This document shows, piece after piece, positions 19,364-30,081 of a stretch of DNA of 64,000 bases. Position 1 is the first letter of the stretch. Each line of letters opens with the position of its first letter. The DNA lies in assembly GCA_013426795.1 (NCBI GenBank), contig JACDZF010000001.1:15552-79551 (forward strand), written 5' to 3'. The notes under the pieces were generated by a model. The model was not told where the DNA came from and did not search any database. It was given only the letters and a program-made list of their open reading frames with translations. The position numbers were made by a program, and so were the translations under genes. This stretch comes from Desulfocapsa sp. (GTDB lineage Bacteria; Desulfobacterota; Desulfobulbia; Desulfobulbales; Desulfocapsaceae).

Positions 19364-20446
19364 TCACCGCCTGCGCAGAACCGCATCGACCTGGGCATCG
19401 GTCACCTCATTGGTGATCACCACGCTCCCAATGGCAGTGGGCAGGACATAAAAAACCGAACCGGCCACTGTCTTCTTGTCGGTGAGCAGATAGTTCTTAA
19501 TCCGTTCCCGATCAAGATCTCCAGGTATCTCCGTGGGCAGTCCATAGGCGTTGATCAGGGCCGCCACCCGGCCGGCATCACTTTTCCTGCAGAGCTCACA
19601 AGCCACGGCCAGACGCAGGGCGGCAACCATCCCCATGGCCACAGCCAGTCCGTGGATAATGGAGAAATCAGAGGCCGCCTCCACGGCGTGGCCAATGGTA
19701 TGGCCAAAATTGAGAATCCGGCGGAGGTCGGCTTCCCGCTCGTCCGAGGCCACAACCTCGGCCTTGATGCGGCAGCAGGTCAGGATCATCTCCTGGATAC
19801 TTTCCCGATCCAGGCAGAGGATTTTGTCCAGATGACGCTCAAGGAAAACAAAAAAATCAAAATCCCGGATCACCCCATACTTGATAACCTCCGCCAGGCC
19901 CCCAAGGAGTTCCAAATGGGGCAGGGTTGTCAAGACGGCGGTGTCAATATAGACTGCCTTTGGCTGATAAAAAGCACCCACCAGATTTTTTCCTTCGGGG
20001 ATATCGACACCGGTTTTTCCTCCCACCGAACTGTCAACCTGGGAGAGCAGGGTGGTGGGCACCTGAATAAAAGGAATCCCGCGCAGATACGAAGCCGCTA
20101 AAAACCCGGTGAGGTCCCCGGTCACCCCGCCGCCCAGGGCAATCAATCCATCCTTTCGGTCAAACCCCCGTTGCGCCAGGAGGCTGGCCAGTTCAGCAAA
20201 AACAGAAAGATTCTTGCTCGCCTCTCCCTGGGGAAAAGTCAGGAGTTCAGCAGCTAATCCAGCATCACTCAAAGAACGCATGAGCGTACTGCCATAGAGC
20301 CTGGCGACCTTGTCATCGGCAATGACGGCGTAGCGTTTGGCAATCCTTCGTCCGGCCAGATCGGCGCCGATATCAACCATGATACCATCTTCGATAAAAA
20401 TTGGATAACTGCGGTCACCAAGACCAACATTGAATGCATGGATCAT
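19364..20446 (-). CDS. aroB: 3-dehydroquinate synthase
   Basis: GGGVTGDLTGF nucleotide-binding motif, HTIGHAVE metal-binding region and typical 360-aa length. Confidence 0.92.
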   Translation of the reverse strand: MIHAFNVGLGDRSYPIFIEDGIMVDIGADLAGRRIAKRYAVIADDKVARLYGSTLMRSLSDAGLAAELLTFPQGEASKNLSVFAELASLLAQRGFDRKDGLIALGGGVTGDLTGFLAASYLRGIPFIQVPTTLLSQVDSSVGGKTGVDIPEGKNLVGAFYQPKAVYIDTAVLTTLPHLELLGGLAEVIKYGVIRDFDFFVFLERHLDKILCLDRESIQEMILTCCRIKAEVVASDEREADLRRILNFGHTIGHAVEAASDFSIIHGLAVAMGMVAALRLAVACELCRKSDAGRVAALINAYGLPTEIPGDLDRERIKNYLLTDKKTVAGSVFYVLPTAIGSVVITNEVTDAQVDAVLRRR

Positions 20447-20481
20447 AATATTAGGAAGGGCTGAACGGAGGAAAATGGAAT

Positions 20482-20519
20482 AAAAAAAGGAGCTCCCACC
20501 AGCGGGTGGGAGCTCCTTT
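20482..20519 (-). terminator. Rho-independent terminator downstream of sat
   Basis: Perfect 15-bp stem (AAAGGAGCTCCCACC / GGTGGGAGCTCCTTT) with a 4-nt loop. On the minus strand it is followed by a T7 run. Confidence 0.8.
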
Positions 20520-20551
20520 CACAGACTCAGAAAAAAAGTCTTAACAGCGTA

Positions 20552-21832
20552 TTACATGGCAGATCCAGAGGCAGCACCCTGCATTTTAACTTCAACTTTC
20601 TCGGTCAGACCGCCATAGTATTCTTTCAGCAGGTCAAGGACTTCGTTGCGGCCAAAGTGGTCAACGATATCCTCGCCGGCGGAAAGGGCCTTCCGTAGTT
20701 TGGTTCCGGAAAGGATTACGCGGGAAGACTTGTCATGGGGACAGGTACGAAGAGAAGCCATACCGTCACACTCTTTGCAATAGAAGGTCCAGTCGATCTT
20801 CATTGGCTTACAGAGAAGGTCTTTGCTGGCATCACCGGTCTGGGGAATGCGATCAAAAATCTGCTGGGCCTCGAACAGACCATAGAAGTCACCAACACCG
20901 GCATGATCACGACCGATCAGCATGTTGTTGACGCCATAGTTCTGACGGAAGGTGGCATGAAGCAGGGCCTCACGAGGACCGGCATAACGCATATCCAGGG
21001 GATACCCGGCGTTAATGACGTTGGCCTTCACAAAGTAATGATCAATGAGGATGTCAATGGCCTTTACCCGAACATTGGCAGGAATATCGCCGGCCTTCAG
21101 GTTACCGATAAGGGAGTGGATCAAAACACCGTCACAGACCTCAACGGCGATCTTGGCCAGATACTCATGGGAACGATGCATGGGGTTCCGCAGCTGGAGG
21201 GCAGCAACATTGGCCCATCCACGCTCGTCAAACATGGCGCGGGTCTGGGCAGGGGTCAGGAAAACGCCGGGATACTCAACGGGATACTCGCCCTGGGAGA
21301 GAACTTTAACGGGACCGGCAAGGTTGAACTCTTTCTGAGCCATAACCATGATAACGCCTGGATGATCTTTAGGAGCGATCTCCCAGAATTTACCACCGAC
21401 AGACTCCTCGCCCTCACCGATAAAGACCTTCTCTGCTTCCCAACGCTTGTCAGCATCGGTCATCTCGTATTTCTCGGTAACTTTCATGGTGGCAAAGATC
21501 TCACCTTTTCTTACCAAGGCAATACTGTCACCCTCTTTAATACCGGCTGCATCAGCGGCAGATACGTCCAGGGTGATGGGCACGGGCCAGAAGGTCCCGT
21601 CTGCCATCTGAAAATTCTCGCAAACACCTTTCCAGTCAGCTTTCTTCATAAAGCCATCAAGGGGGCTGAAACCACCAATGCCCATCATGATCAGATCGCC
21701 TTTGGCGCGAGCAGAAATTTCAATCTGCTTCATGCCTTTAGCTGCCGCAAGCTCTGCTTCACGCTCTTTTCCTTCGAGCAAAGCACAAACTAAACCCTTT
21801 CCGCCATGTGGTGCTACCAATTTTGAAGACAT
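20552..21832 (-). CDS. sat: Sulfate adenylyltransferase (ATP sulfurylase)
   Basis: Motifs [11 protein letters not shown] and GRDHAGVG. Start moved to ATG 21832 ([11 protein letters not shown]), which has an upstream AGAGGGG SD. Confidence 0.93.
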   Translation of the reverse strand: MSSKLVAPHGGKGLVCALLEGKEREAELAAAKGMKQIEISARAKGDLIMMGIGGFSPLDGFMKKADWKGVCENFQMADGTFWPVPITLDVSAADAAGIKEGDSIALVRKGEIFATMKVTEKYEMTDADKRWEAEKVFIGEGEESVGGKFWEIAPKDHPGVIMVMAQKEFNLAGPVKVLSQGEYPVEYPGVFLTPAQTRAMFDERGWANVAALQLRNPMHRSHEYLAKIAVEVCDGVLIHSLIGNLKAGDIPANVRVKAIDILIDHYFVKANVINAGYPLDMRYAGPREALLHATFRQNYGVNNMLIGRDHAGVGDFYGLFEAQQIFDRIPQTGDASKDLLCKPMKIDWTFYCKECDGMASLRTCPHDKSSRVILSGTKLRKALSAGEDIVDHFGRNEVLDLLKEYYGGLTEKVEVKMQGAASGSAM

Positions 21833-22093
21833 AGGACCCCTCTTTTTGTTGATTTTTTTATGTGTGAATAAAAAATGCTGACCCCAACACTGGAGCAGCA
21901 ACTTAATGAACAACCATTCATTTAAGCATCCCCATATTTATAGCATTTGAAAGAAATGTCAAGAAGAAAAAAGGAGTAATGAGAGCATCTTTTTATGACC
22001 TTCTTTACCCCCCTTCTGGCCTGATAATCGGACAGGCGGCAAAGGGCATCGCCCCCATCGAATCAGGGATGGTCGTTGCCGGAGAATGAAATC

Positions 22094-24610
22094 TTAAGGG
22101 ATGGCTCGGAATCGCCTCAATCGCAGGGCATTCCCCACCACCGACACCGAACTCAAGGCCATGGCGGCTCCGGCTATCATCGGATTCAGGCTGGGGCCGC
22201 CAAAAAGGACGAGCAGACCGGCGGCCACCGGAATGCCAACGATGTTATAGGCAAATGCCCAGAAAAGATTCTGACGGATATTGACCATCACCGCCCGGGA
22301 TAAGCGCAGGGCAAGGATGACGCCGTCGAGGTTGCCCTGCATAAGGACTATGTCACCGGATTCGATGGCGATATCGGTTCCCGTCCCCATGGCGATTCCC
22401 ACATCGGCCACGGCCAGGGCCGGGGCGTCATTTATTCCATCACCCACCATGGCGGTCCACAACCCCTGCTGCCGCAGTTCCCTGATGGTGTCGGCTTTTT
22501 TATCCGGCAGCACCTGGGAAATGACCTCGTCAATCCCTGCCTGGGCGGCAATGGCCCTGGCCGTCAACTCCTGATCCCCAGTCAGCATGATCAGCCGCAG
22601 GCCCATCTGTTTCAGCCGCGACAGAGCTGCCGGCACCTCGGGCTTCAAGCCGTCGGCGATGGCGATGAGGGCAGCCAGGCGGCCATCCACGGCGAGAAAC
22701 AGTACTGTCTTGCCCAGCCCCGAGAGACGCGCCACGTCCCCCTCTCTCCCCTCCACCACAAGCCCGTTGTCCTGGAGAAGCTGGCGGTTGCCAAAGAGAA
22801 TTTTCCGCCCCTCCACCCGCCCCGAGACACCCCGGCCAATGGTCGCCACGAAATCCTCGGGCTGGCACAAGGCCATTCCCTTTGACCGAGCCGCTGCAAC
22901 CAGGGCTTCGGCCAGGGGATGCTCCGAGGACTGCTCAAGCGAGGCCGCCAGAGAGAGCAGCTGTTCATCGCTCTCATCTCCACTGACATTGATCAGATCG
23001 GTGATCTCGGGACGGCCATGGGTGAGGGTACCGGTCTTGTCAAAGACCAGCACCGTTACCTTTTCCGCAAGCTCGAGAGCGGCGCCGCTCTTGACCAGAA
23101 CCCCAAGCTGGGCGCCGCGCCCGGTTCCCACCATGATGGAGGTGGGGGTGGCCAGCCCCATGGCACAGGGACAGGCGATGACCAGGACCGCGATACTATA
23201 GCGGAGGGCGAGGGCGAACCCCACCCCGCCCATGAAATACCAGGCAAGGCCGGTGAACACTGCCACCACCATCACCGCCGGCACAAAGTAGAGACTCACC
23301 CGATCGGCAAGGGCGGCTATGGGGGCCTTTGAACCCTGAGCCTCCTGCACTGTTCTGACAATCCGGGCGAGCATGGTGTTCCCCCCCACCTGCTCGGTCA
23401 TGACCCGCACAACCCCGCTCTTATTGAGGGTTCCGCAGCTCACCCGGTCTCCCTCGCCCTTGCTCACCGGCAGACTCTCGCCGGTGAGCATGGACTCGTC
23501 CACCACCGTGCGGCCGCCGACAATCAGGCCGTCAACGGGAATGCGTTCACCAGGGCGGACCAGAAGCAGGTCTCCGGCCTCAATCTCTTCCACCAGTATC
23601 TCAACCTGCTCCATCTCGAGGTCGTTGTCATCCTTTTTCCTCAGGAGAATGGAACGATCCGGGGTCAGCTGCATCAACCCGGCAATGGCGTCCGAGGTGT
23701 GCGATTTGGAGCGGGTCTCCATAAATTTTCCTAAAGAGACGAGGGCAATGAGCACCCCTGCCGACTCAAAATAGAGTTCCATGGCCAGCATGGTCTGGCG
23801 GTGCGGGTCACTGCTCAGAATTATCTCCACCAGATTCCAGGTGGAAGAGAGAAAGGCGGCCCCGGTGCCCATGGCAATGAGGGAGTCCATGGTGGGTGCT
23901 CGCCGAAAAAATGCTGGAATTCCAATGAGATAAAAGCTGCGACCAAGGACCATGATGGGCAGCACCAGAGCAAACTGGATCAGGGCAAAGCGCAAAGGGT
24001 ACCCATGCGGATTTATGGCTGCGGGAAGGGGCAGCCCCATCATTTCCCCCATGGAAATAGAGAGCAGGAGCGCGGCCAGACCCAGCGACCAGATGAGCCT
24101 GGTTTTCATGAGCGCCAGGCGCTGAAGGGTCTCCTGCCGTTTCCTGGCAAACTGGTCGAGCCGGGCGGTCACCGGCCTGCTCTCAAAGCCCGCCCCGGAT
24201 ATGGCCGCCCGGATCTGACGCTGGCTCACCTGTCCCTGCCGATAGGTCACGCGGCCGGTCTCGGTCAACAGATTGATCTGGACCGAAATCACCCCGGCCA
24301 GGGCGGAGACCACCTTCTCTATGCGGGTCGAACAGGCGGCGCAGTGCATGCCACTGATCGCGAGCTCAAGGGTCAACTCCTCCCCGGCCCCATCCTGTTC
24401 CAGCTCAAAGCCCAGCTCCTTGACCCGTGCGGCAACCGTATCAAAGGAAATGACCTCCGGGTTCCAGGAAAGCTCCATCTCCTCCGTTGCCAGGTTAACC
24501 GCCACCGACTCAACGCCGTCAATGCCCCGCAACACCCTTTCAATGCGGCTGGAGCAGGCAGCACAGTGCATCCCCTTGACCGCCACCGTTCGCTTCTGGA
24601 TGGTTGACAT
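22094..24610 (-). CDS. copA: Copper-translocating P1B-type ATPase
   Basis: Two N-terminal HMA domains (GMHCAACS twice), CPC motif ([11 protein letters not shown]), DKTGTLT and GDGINDAP. Start taken at ATG 24610. Confidence 0.93.
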   Translation of the reverse strand: MSTIQKRTVAVKGMHCAACSSRIERVLRGIDGVESVAVNLATEEMELSWNPEVISFDTVAARVKELGFELEQDGAGEELTLELAISGMHCAACSTRIEKVVSALAGVISVQINLLTETGRVTYRQGQVSQRQIRAAISGAGFESRPVTARLDQFARKRQETLQRLALMKTRLIWSLGLAALLLSISMGEMMGLPLPAAINPHGYPLRFALIQFALVLPIMVLGRSFYLIGIPAFFRRAPTMDSLIAMGTGAAFLSSTWNLVEIILSSDPHRQTMLAMELYFESAGVLIALVSLGKFMETRSKSHTSDAIAGLMQLTPDRSILLRKKDDNDLEMEQVEILVEEIEAGDLLLVRPGERIPVDGLIVGGRTVVDESMLTGESLPVSKGEGDRVSCGTLNKSGVVRVMTEQVGGNTMLARIVRTVQEAQGSKAPIAALADRVSLYFVPAVMVVAVFTGLAWYFMGGVGFALALRYSIAVLVIACPCAMGLATPTSIMVGTGRGAQLGVLVKSGAALELAEKVTVLVFDKTGTLTHGRPEITDLINVSGDESDEQLLSLAASLEQSSEHPLAEALVAAARSKGMALCQPEDFVATIGRGVSGRVEGRKILFGNRQLLQDNGLVVEGREGDVARLSGLGKTVLFLAVDGRLAALIAIADGLKPEVPAALSRLKQMGLRLIMLTGDQELTARAIAAQAGIDEVISQVLPDKKADTIRELRQQGLWTAMVGDGINDAPALAVADVGIAMGTGTDIAIESGDIVLMQGNLDGVILALRLSRAVMVNIRQNLFWAFAYNIVGIPVAAGLLVLFGGPSLNPMIAGAAMALSSVSVVGNALRLRRFRAIP

Positions 24611-24852
24611 TTCATCACCGATTTTTGCTCTATTCCTGACCAAGCCCCTTGCAAGGTATGGAATAAAGCATACCTTTCAGATTTTAACAGACACCGGAAT
24701 CCCACCATGGCAATCCTGCCGGAACATTCAACCATGGGAAGGTTTACTTCCAGCATCGAAACTGGTATGATCACAGCCCCATGGAACCATAAAAAATCGT
24801 TTCCCCACTCCAGGGCCGGATGGCCTTCTTCCTTTACCCCAAGAACACTTCC

Positions 24853-26718
24853 ATGAAAAAATTTTTCTCCGCCCTCGCCACACCCTTTCGCTGGATCGGC
24901 AGGTTTCTCACCGCCACCCGCAGCATCCTTGGAAACCTCATCTTTGTGATACTCATCTTTCTGCTTTTTGCCACACTTTTCTCCCAGAAAAAGGTGGCGA
25001 TTATCAATGATGCCGCCCTGATCCTTTCCCTCTCCGGCACCATCGTTGAAGAAAAGCAGACTGCCAATCCCCTCACCGAACTGATCGCCGAGATGACTCC
25101 AGATCAACAGGCACCGGCGGAAACCCTGCTTCAGGATATCCTCGACGCCATCCATCACGCCGCCACCGACACCCGGATCAAATGTATCCTTTTGGACTTA
25201 AAGGAGCTGGACACCATTGGGCTTGATCAGATGCAGACCATCGGCGAGGCCTTGAACCAGTTTAAAAAGAGCGGCAAGAAGGTGATCGCGGCGGAAGACT
25301 TTTACCGGCAGAAGACCTATTATCTCGCCTCCTTCGCCTCCGAGATTTACCTCAACCCCATGGGTGGCGTCGATCTGCACGGCTTTGGCTCCTACCAGCT
25401 CTTTTTCCGCGAGGCCCTGGATAAATTACGGATCAACTATCACGTCTTCCGGGTCGGCGCCTACAAATCAGCCGTGGAGCCCATCATCCGTGACTCCATG
25501 TCCAAGGAAGCCAAAGACCAGACGCTGGGACTGCTCACCTCTCTCTGGACCATGTTCACCGCTGATATCACCAGACAACGCGCCCTCCCCGCCGATGCCA
25601 TTGACCAGTATGCCAATAACATCCCCCTCAAACTTGCGGCATCAGGGGGGGACACCGCCAAAATGGCCCTGGACTTCAAGCTGGTGGATGGGCTCAAGAA
25701 CCGCGCCGAGCTGCGTGACTATCTGGCCCAGCAGAGCTCCGTCTCTCCCGATTCCGGTTTCAGCCAGGTTCCCCTGCAAACCTATCTGCGGACCATCACT
25801 CCTTCCTACCAGCCGCCCCTGGTTGCAGCTGACAACACCATCGGCGTCATTATCGCCGAGGGCATGATCCTGGACGGAATTCAGTCGGCGGGCACCATTG
25901 GCGGCAACTCTCTGTCAGCCTTAATCCGCAAGGCCCGCCTTGACCCGACGGTCAAGGCCGTGATCCTGCGGGTCAACTCCGGAGGTGGCTCGGCCTTTGC
26001 CTCCGAGATCATCCGCCAGGAGATCCTTAATCTGAAAAAAAGCAACAAACCACTGGTGATATCCATGGGCTCCACCGCCGCCTCCGGCGGCTACTGGATC
26101 TCTGCCGATGCCGATGAAATATGGGCGTCACCGGCCACGATCACCGGTTCCATCGGCATCTTTGCCGGCATCCCCACCTTTGAAAATACCCTGGCCAGCC
26201 TGGGAGTTCACAGTGACGGCGTCGGCACCACCCAACTGGCCTCCGGCCTGAACCTGACCCGCCCCCTTGCTCCTCCATTGAAAGAGGCCATCCAGATGAC
26301 CCTGGATCATGGCTACCGGCAATTTCTGTCCCTGGTGGCCACGGGCCGCAACATGAGTATGGATAAGGTCAAAACAGTGGCGGAAGGAAGGGTTTTTGTC
26401 GGCACGGAAGCGCAGAAACTGGGACTGGTGGATAAAATCGGGACCCTCGAAGACGCCATTGCCTCGGCTGCCAAGCTGGCCAAAGTTGACACCTACACCG
26501 CCAGTTATATTCAACGCCCCCGTACCGTCAGCGAAGAACTGCTGGAGCTCTTCAATGGCAAGGTCACTGCCGCCCTGCTGCCCCACCTGCTTTCCCGGCC
26601 CCTGGCACAACAGCTTGCCCGACTGGCCGCCCCGGTCAATGAGTTTTTACTTTTCAACGATCCGGCAGGCCTCTACGCCTATTCCCTGATTCACGGGCCG
26701 TCACTGCTTGAACCCTGA
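24853..26718 (+). CDS. sppA: Signal peptide peptidase SppA, 67K type
   Basis: N-terminal TM segment and a duplicated S49/ClpP-fold domain with GSTAASGGYWIS. Start taken at MKKFFSAL. Confidence 0.88.
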   Translation: MKKFFSALATPFRWIGRFLTATRSILGNLIFVILIFLLFATLFSQKKVAIINDAALILSLSGTIVEEKQTANPLTELIAEMTPDQQAPAETLLQDILDAIHHAATDTRIKCILLDLKELDTIGLDQMQTIGEALNQFKKSGKKVIAAEDFYRQKTYYLASFASEIYLNPMGGVDLHGFGSYQLFFREALDKLRINYHVFRVGAYKSAVEPIIRDSMSKEAKDQTLGLLTSLWTMFTADITRQRALPADAIDQYANNIPLKLAASGGDTAKMALDFKLVDGLKNRAELRDYLAQQSSVSPDSGFSQVPLQTYLRTITPSYQPPLVAADNTIGVIIAEGMILDGIQSAGTIGGNSLSALIRKARLDPTVKAVILRVNSGGGSAFASEIIRQEILNLKKSNKPLVISMGSTAASGGYWISADADEIWASPATITGSIGIFAGIPTFENTLASLGVHSDGVGTTQLASGLNLTRPLAPPLKEAIQMTLDHGYRQFLSLVATGRNMSMDKVKTVAEGRVFVGTEAQKLGLVDKIGTLEDAIASAAKLAKVDTYTASYIQRPRTVSEELLELFNGKVTAALLPHLLSRPLAQQLARLAAPVNEFLLFNDPAGLYAYSLIHGPSLLEP

Positions 26719-26771
26719 TGAGTCGTTGCACCAAGCACCTTCTCAAGTCTCAGCAATGAGCGGACAGAACA

Positions 26772-27749
26772 GTGACCATATCCCTGTCGGCTGACACCCT
26801 CTCGTCGCTCTGGCTTCACCTGCTCTGGCCGCTGATTCGACTGATTGGCATCCTCTCCGTCAGCCTCTTTGTCGCCAACCTCATTGAATCCCTCCACTGG
26901 ACCAGCCGGATTGCCGCCCTGGCCCGGCCCCTGCTGCGCCACGGCAACCTCTCCGACACCGCCAGCGCCTCCTTCACCATGGCTCTCATTTCCGGAATCA
27001 GCGCCAACACCATGCTGGCAGAGGCCTACGAGCAGAAGAAGATCACCCGAAAAGAACTGATCCTGGCCAATCTGTTCAACTCCCTGCCCACCTATTTCCT
27101 CCATCTGCCCACCGTCTCCTTCATTGCCGTACCCATGATCAAGGGCGCGGCGGTCATCTATGTGGGCCTCACCTTCGGCGCCGCCATCCTCCGCACCGTC
27201 CTTATCCTCCTGCTCAGCCGTTTCATCCTTCCCCGGCCCCATCGACAGGAGACGGCCCAGGTCGAAGGGCCGGAAGAGGCCGCTGGTGGCTGGAACGCCA
27301 TTCTCACCAGGAGCTGGGTACGCTTTCAGATCCGTATCCGCAGTGTTGTCCATTTCACCATCCCGATCTATATTCTTTTCTATCTCCTCCACAAAGGTGG
27401 TATCTTTGACGCCATGGAAAGGATCATGGCCGCATATTTTTCCTTTTTGCCCTGGCTCACCCCCCAATCCATGGGGATTATCACCCTCCAGCTGGCCGCC
27501 GAATTCACCGCCGGCCTGGCGGCGGCCGGGGCCCTGCTGGCGGCAGGCGACATGAGCTCGCGGGAGATTATCCTGGCGCTGCTGGTGGGCAATATTCTCT
27601 CATCTCCCATCCGCGCCATTCGACATCAATTTCCCTATTATGCCGGGATTTTTCCGCCCAGGGTGGCCGCTGAGCTGATCTTTTACAACCAGTTCTTCCG
27701 GGTCGGCAGCCTGATGCTCATGGGGTGCCTCTATTTTTTTCTCTCATAA
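26772..27749 (+). CDS. Membrane protein with nucleoside-recognition (Gate) type domains
   Basis: Multi-TM protein whose pattern (SFTMALISGISANTMLAEAY...) resembles FeoB-gate/SpmA-like families. GTG start. Confidence 0.5.
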   Translation: MTISLSADTLSSLWLHLLWPLIRLIGILSVSLFVANLIESLHWTSRIAALARPLLRHGNLSDTASASFTMALISGISANTMLAEAYEQKKITRKELILANLFNSLPTYFLHLPTVSFIAVPMIKGAAVIYVGLTFGAAILRTVLILLLSRFILPRPHRQETAQVEGPEEAAGGWNAILTRSWVRFQIRIRSVVHFTIPIYILFYLLHKGGIFDAMERIMAAYFSFLPWLTPQSMGIITLQLAAEFTAGLAAAGALLAAGDMSSREIILALLVGNILSSPIRAIRHQFPYYAGIFPPRVAAELIFYNQFFRVGSLMLMGCLYFFLS

Positions 27750-27815
27750 CCTTAAATCCGGCAGCTCCCAGACGGGAAGCAGCCACACCCCTCTCACCCA
27801 AAGGAACCCCAGTCA

Positions 27816-28352
27816 ATGAATCGCCTGCTTGCCCTGATTCCCAATCTCCTCTCCGCCCTGCGACTGGCCCTTGCCTGCCTCTTTCCCTTTGCTCCCCAGG
27901 AAATGTGGGTCTGGCTTATCCTTGCCAGCGGCACCAGTGATTTTCTCGACGGCTGGTGCGCCAGACGGTGGCAGGTCACAAGCTGGCAGGGTGGATTGAT
28001 GGACGCCGTGGCCGACAAGTTGTTCATGCTCTCCGCCCTGTTCACCTTTGCCGTGGCTGGAGAATTCCCGGCCTGGTGGATTCCGGCGGTGATCTCCCGG
28101 GATCTCACCGTCGCCGTTGCCGCCGCTTACACCGCGGCCATCGGCTCCTGGGGGGCATTCCGCGATATGGGGGCACGCTGGTCAGGCAAACTGGCCACCG
28201 CCGGCCAATTTCTCCTTCTCCTCACCGTGGCCCTGCTGCCGGCGGCAATCCCTCTTGTTCTGATCCTCACCGTTCTCGCCAGCGCCATTGCGGCCGGCGA
28301 TTACGGGCTGCTTTTTTATCAGGCCCTCAAGCGCCGGAAGAGGGGGGAGTAA
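27816..28352 (+). CDS. CDP-alcohol phosphatidyltransferase family protein (PgsA-like)
   Basis: Motif D-F-L-D-G-W-C-A-R-x8-G-x3-D-x3-D (SDFLDGWCARRWQVTSWQGGLMDAVADK) and four or more TM segments. Confidence 0.85.
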   Translation: MNRLLALIPNLLSALRLALACLFPFAPQEMWVWLILASGTSDFLDGWCARRWQVTSWQGGLMDAVADKLFMLSALFTFAVAGEFPAWWIPAVISRDLTVAVAAAYTAAIGSWGAFRDMGARWSGKLATAGQFLLLLTVALLPAAIPLVLILTVLASAIAAGDYGLLFYQALKRRKRGE

Positions 28353-28996
28353 AGGCCGCCCGGCGAGTTCTGAACCCGGCGGATACCCCTCGCCATTGGC
28401 ACGGCGGACATATCTGTCTGCCCGATCACCGTCCCATCTTCACCAACTCCCGGGCCCCCCGCTACACCGCCTCCGGCACATGGAAATATCAGACGATGAC
28501 CGGCTCCACCAGCCGGGGCGCCGGTGCCTCCAGCATCCCCCTGCGTTGTTACTGCCCCGGCGAAATCACCCTGATTACCCTGGCCAAGGGGGATGGGATG
28601 GCCCACTGATCCCGGATCGGGACGGTGGAACGCTCCATGTTCCCGTCGCTCAAGCAGGATTCCCTCCCCTGCCATGGACTGCATGGGAGGAACTGTGTCG
28701 AAAGTCCAGAGAGCTCACCCGCCGGCATCTCCTGAGATATCTCCGCCGCACCACCCCCTCCCCTGCCCTCCGCGTAACAAGCTTTCCTACAGCGCTGTAA
28801 GCCCTTTGCTTACAAAAAAAACTAAATAAGACAAGGTACATATCCGTATAGGTTGTTATTCGTTGTCATAAGGAAATTTATTGTTTTTGCATGAATAGAA
28901 ACTATACCATTCTCAAAAGTTGTGAAGAATGACATCCCTGGATAGTTAGGTTTTCGCTCATTTCCACCGTCAATTTTTTCCTGGAAAGATTCTTTG

Positions 28997-29956
28997 ATGA
29001 TCGATTTTATACCAGAGAAAGAGTACCAGAGCCTTCATGCCGGTTATGGTCCAGCTTCACCCGCCTCTGCCGTTTCCCGTCACCCAGCCGGGAATAACGG
29101 GCAGGTGATTAATGTCGGGAGAGAGCATGTCTGTGTCCTCAGTTTTGAAGACGGACTTTCCACCAGCCACGATTCCTTCTTGAGGCTGGGAGAGCTTGCC
29201 GCCGGCAGCGGTATCGCCGTGCCTGAGTCCGGACAGGGGGTGGTCTGTTTAAGGGCTGCCCAGGATGGCTTACTCCTGGTGAATGAACAGGCGATGGGCC
29301 TTATTCACGGTATTGATGCCGTCATTTGCCAGTCCTTACCGAACAATGAAGTCGTTCTGAAAAGTCAGGTTGTGGCCAGGTTGCAGAGGGTTTCACCCAG
29401 GATCGGAGAGGAAAAGCTGCAACAGGTGGAAGACATCTGTCACCAGCATCGCCCGATCATCGACGTTGTACCCTTCAAGCAGTTCCGTGTCGGGATCGTA
29501 ACTGTCGGCAGAGCTGCGCCGGGCAACTGGAAGGATGATATGATAACCCCCCTTCTCAGCGAAAAATTCAAGGAATTCGGCAGCTCCATTCTTCGTCTGG
29601 AATACGTTGCTGCGGATATTGACTCCGCCCTTGCCGCAATCCATAAAAGTATCCGTTACGGCGCTGATATGATTGCCCTGGTGCATAGCCTTGCGCCTGA
29701 ACCATACACGACCCTGCTGAATGCCTTGCAAACTCAGAGCGGCACCCAAGGCCTTAGGGTATATCCGGGAGAGTTTTTTTCCTGTTCCTGGCTCGGCCCC
29801 ATTCCCGTTCTCCGCTTTGAGGCCACCTGCGAGGGGAAACTCGTAGAATCGCTTATTGACCAGGTCATTCCCCGCTTTCTGGCAGGGATCGAGATTACTC
29901 GGGACGACGTTGAGGCCCTTCGAGGAGATGGTTTTAACCCCCCGGGTCGGTCATAA
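28997..29956 (+). CDS. Hypothetical protein upstream of the FDH operon (possible degenerate MoaB/MogA-like molybdopterin-binding fold in the C-half)
   Basis: Intact 319-aa ORF. The segment VGIVTVGRA...DDMITPLLSEKFKEFGSSILRLEYVAADIDSALAAI...GADMIALV loosely resembles MoCF_BD topology. I see no firm motif. Confidence 0.45.
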   Translation: MIDFIPEKEYQSLHAGYGPASPASAVSRHPAGNNGQVINVGREHVCVLSFEDGLSTSHDSFLRLGELAAGSGIAVPESGQGVVCLRAAQDGLLLVNEQAMGLIHGIDAVICQSLPNNEVVLKSQVVARLQRVSPRIGEEKLQQVEDICHQHRPIIDVVPFKQFRVGIVTVGRAAPGNWKDDMITPLLSEKFKEFGSSILRLEYVAADIDSALAAIHKSIRYGADMIALVHSLAPEPYTTLLNALQTQSGTQGLRVYPGEFFSCSWLGPIPVLRFEATCEGKLVESLIDQVIPRFLAGIEITRDDVEALRGDGFNPPGRS

Positions 29957-29990
29957 AAATATTCCAATGTCTGTATATCAGGCTGATACC

Positions 29991-30047
29991 GGAAATCAGT
30001 CAATGGCATACGATGGGGCTTCCATCATATGCCATTGACTGATTTCC
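29991..30047. promoter_or_regulatory. 57-nt near-perfect palindrome/hairpin in the fdnG upstream region
   Basis: Arms GGAAATCAGTCAATGGCATA (29991-30010) and TATGCCATTGACTGATTTCC (30028-30047) are perfect 20-nt reverse complements. Inside them GATGG (30012-16) pairs with CCATC (30022-26) around a 5-nt loop. The element lies 35 nt after the upstream stop and 35 nt before the fdnG ATG. Confidence 0.6.
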
Positions 30048-30081
30048 TCGCAACATCCCCATCACCGCACAAGGAGGCCGT

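Noticed and set aside
20735-21793. 352-aa plus-strand ORF inside sat
   Set aside because: It lies opposite a gene with exact ATP-sulfurylase motifs, and the translation is not recognisable.
27956-28800. ORFs 27956-28609 (217 aa), 28288-28800 (170 aa) and 28319-28684 (minus strand)
   Set aside because: The first overlaps the PgsA-like gene out of frame. None has a supported start, an SD or motifs. I kept only the observation that the region is coding-like (see findings).
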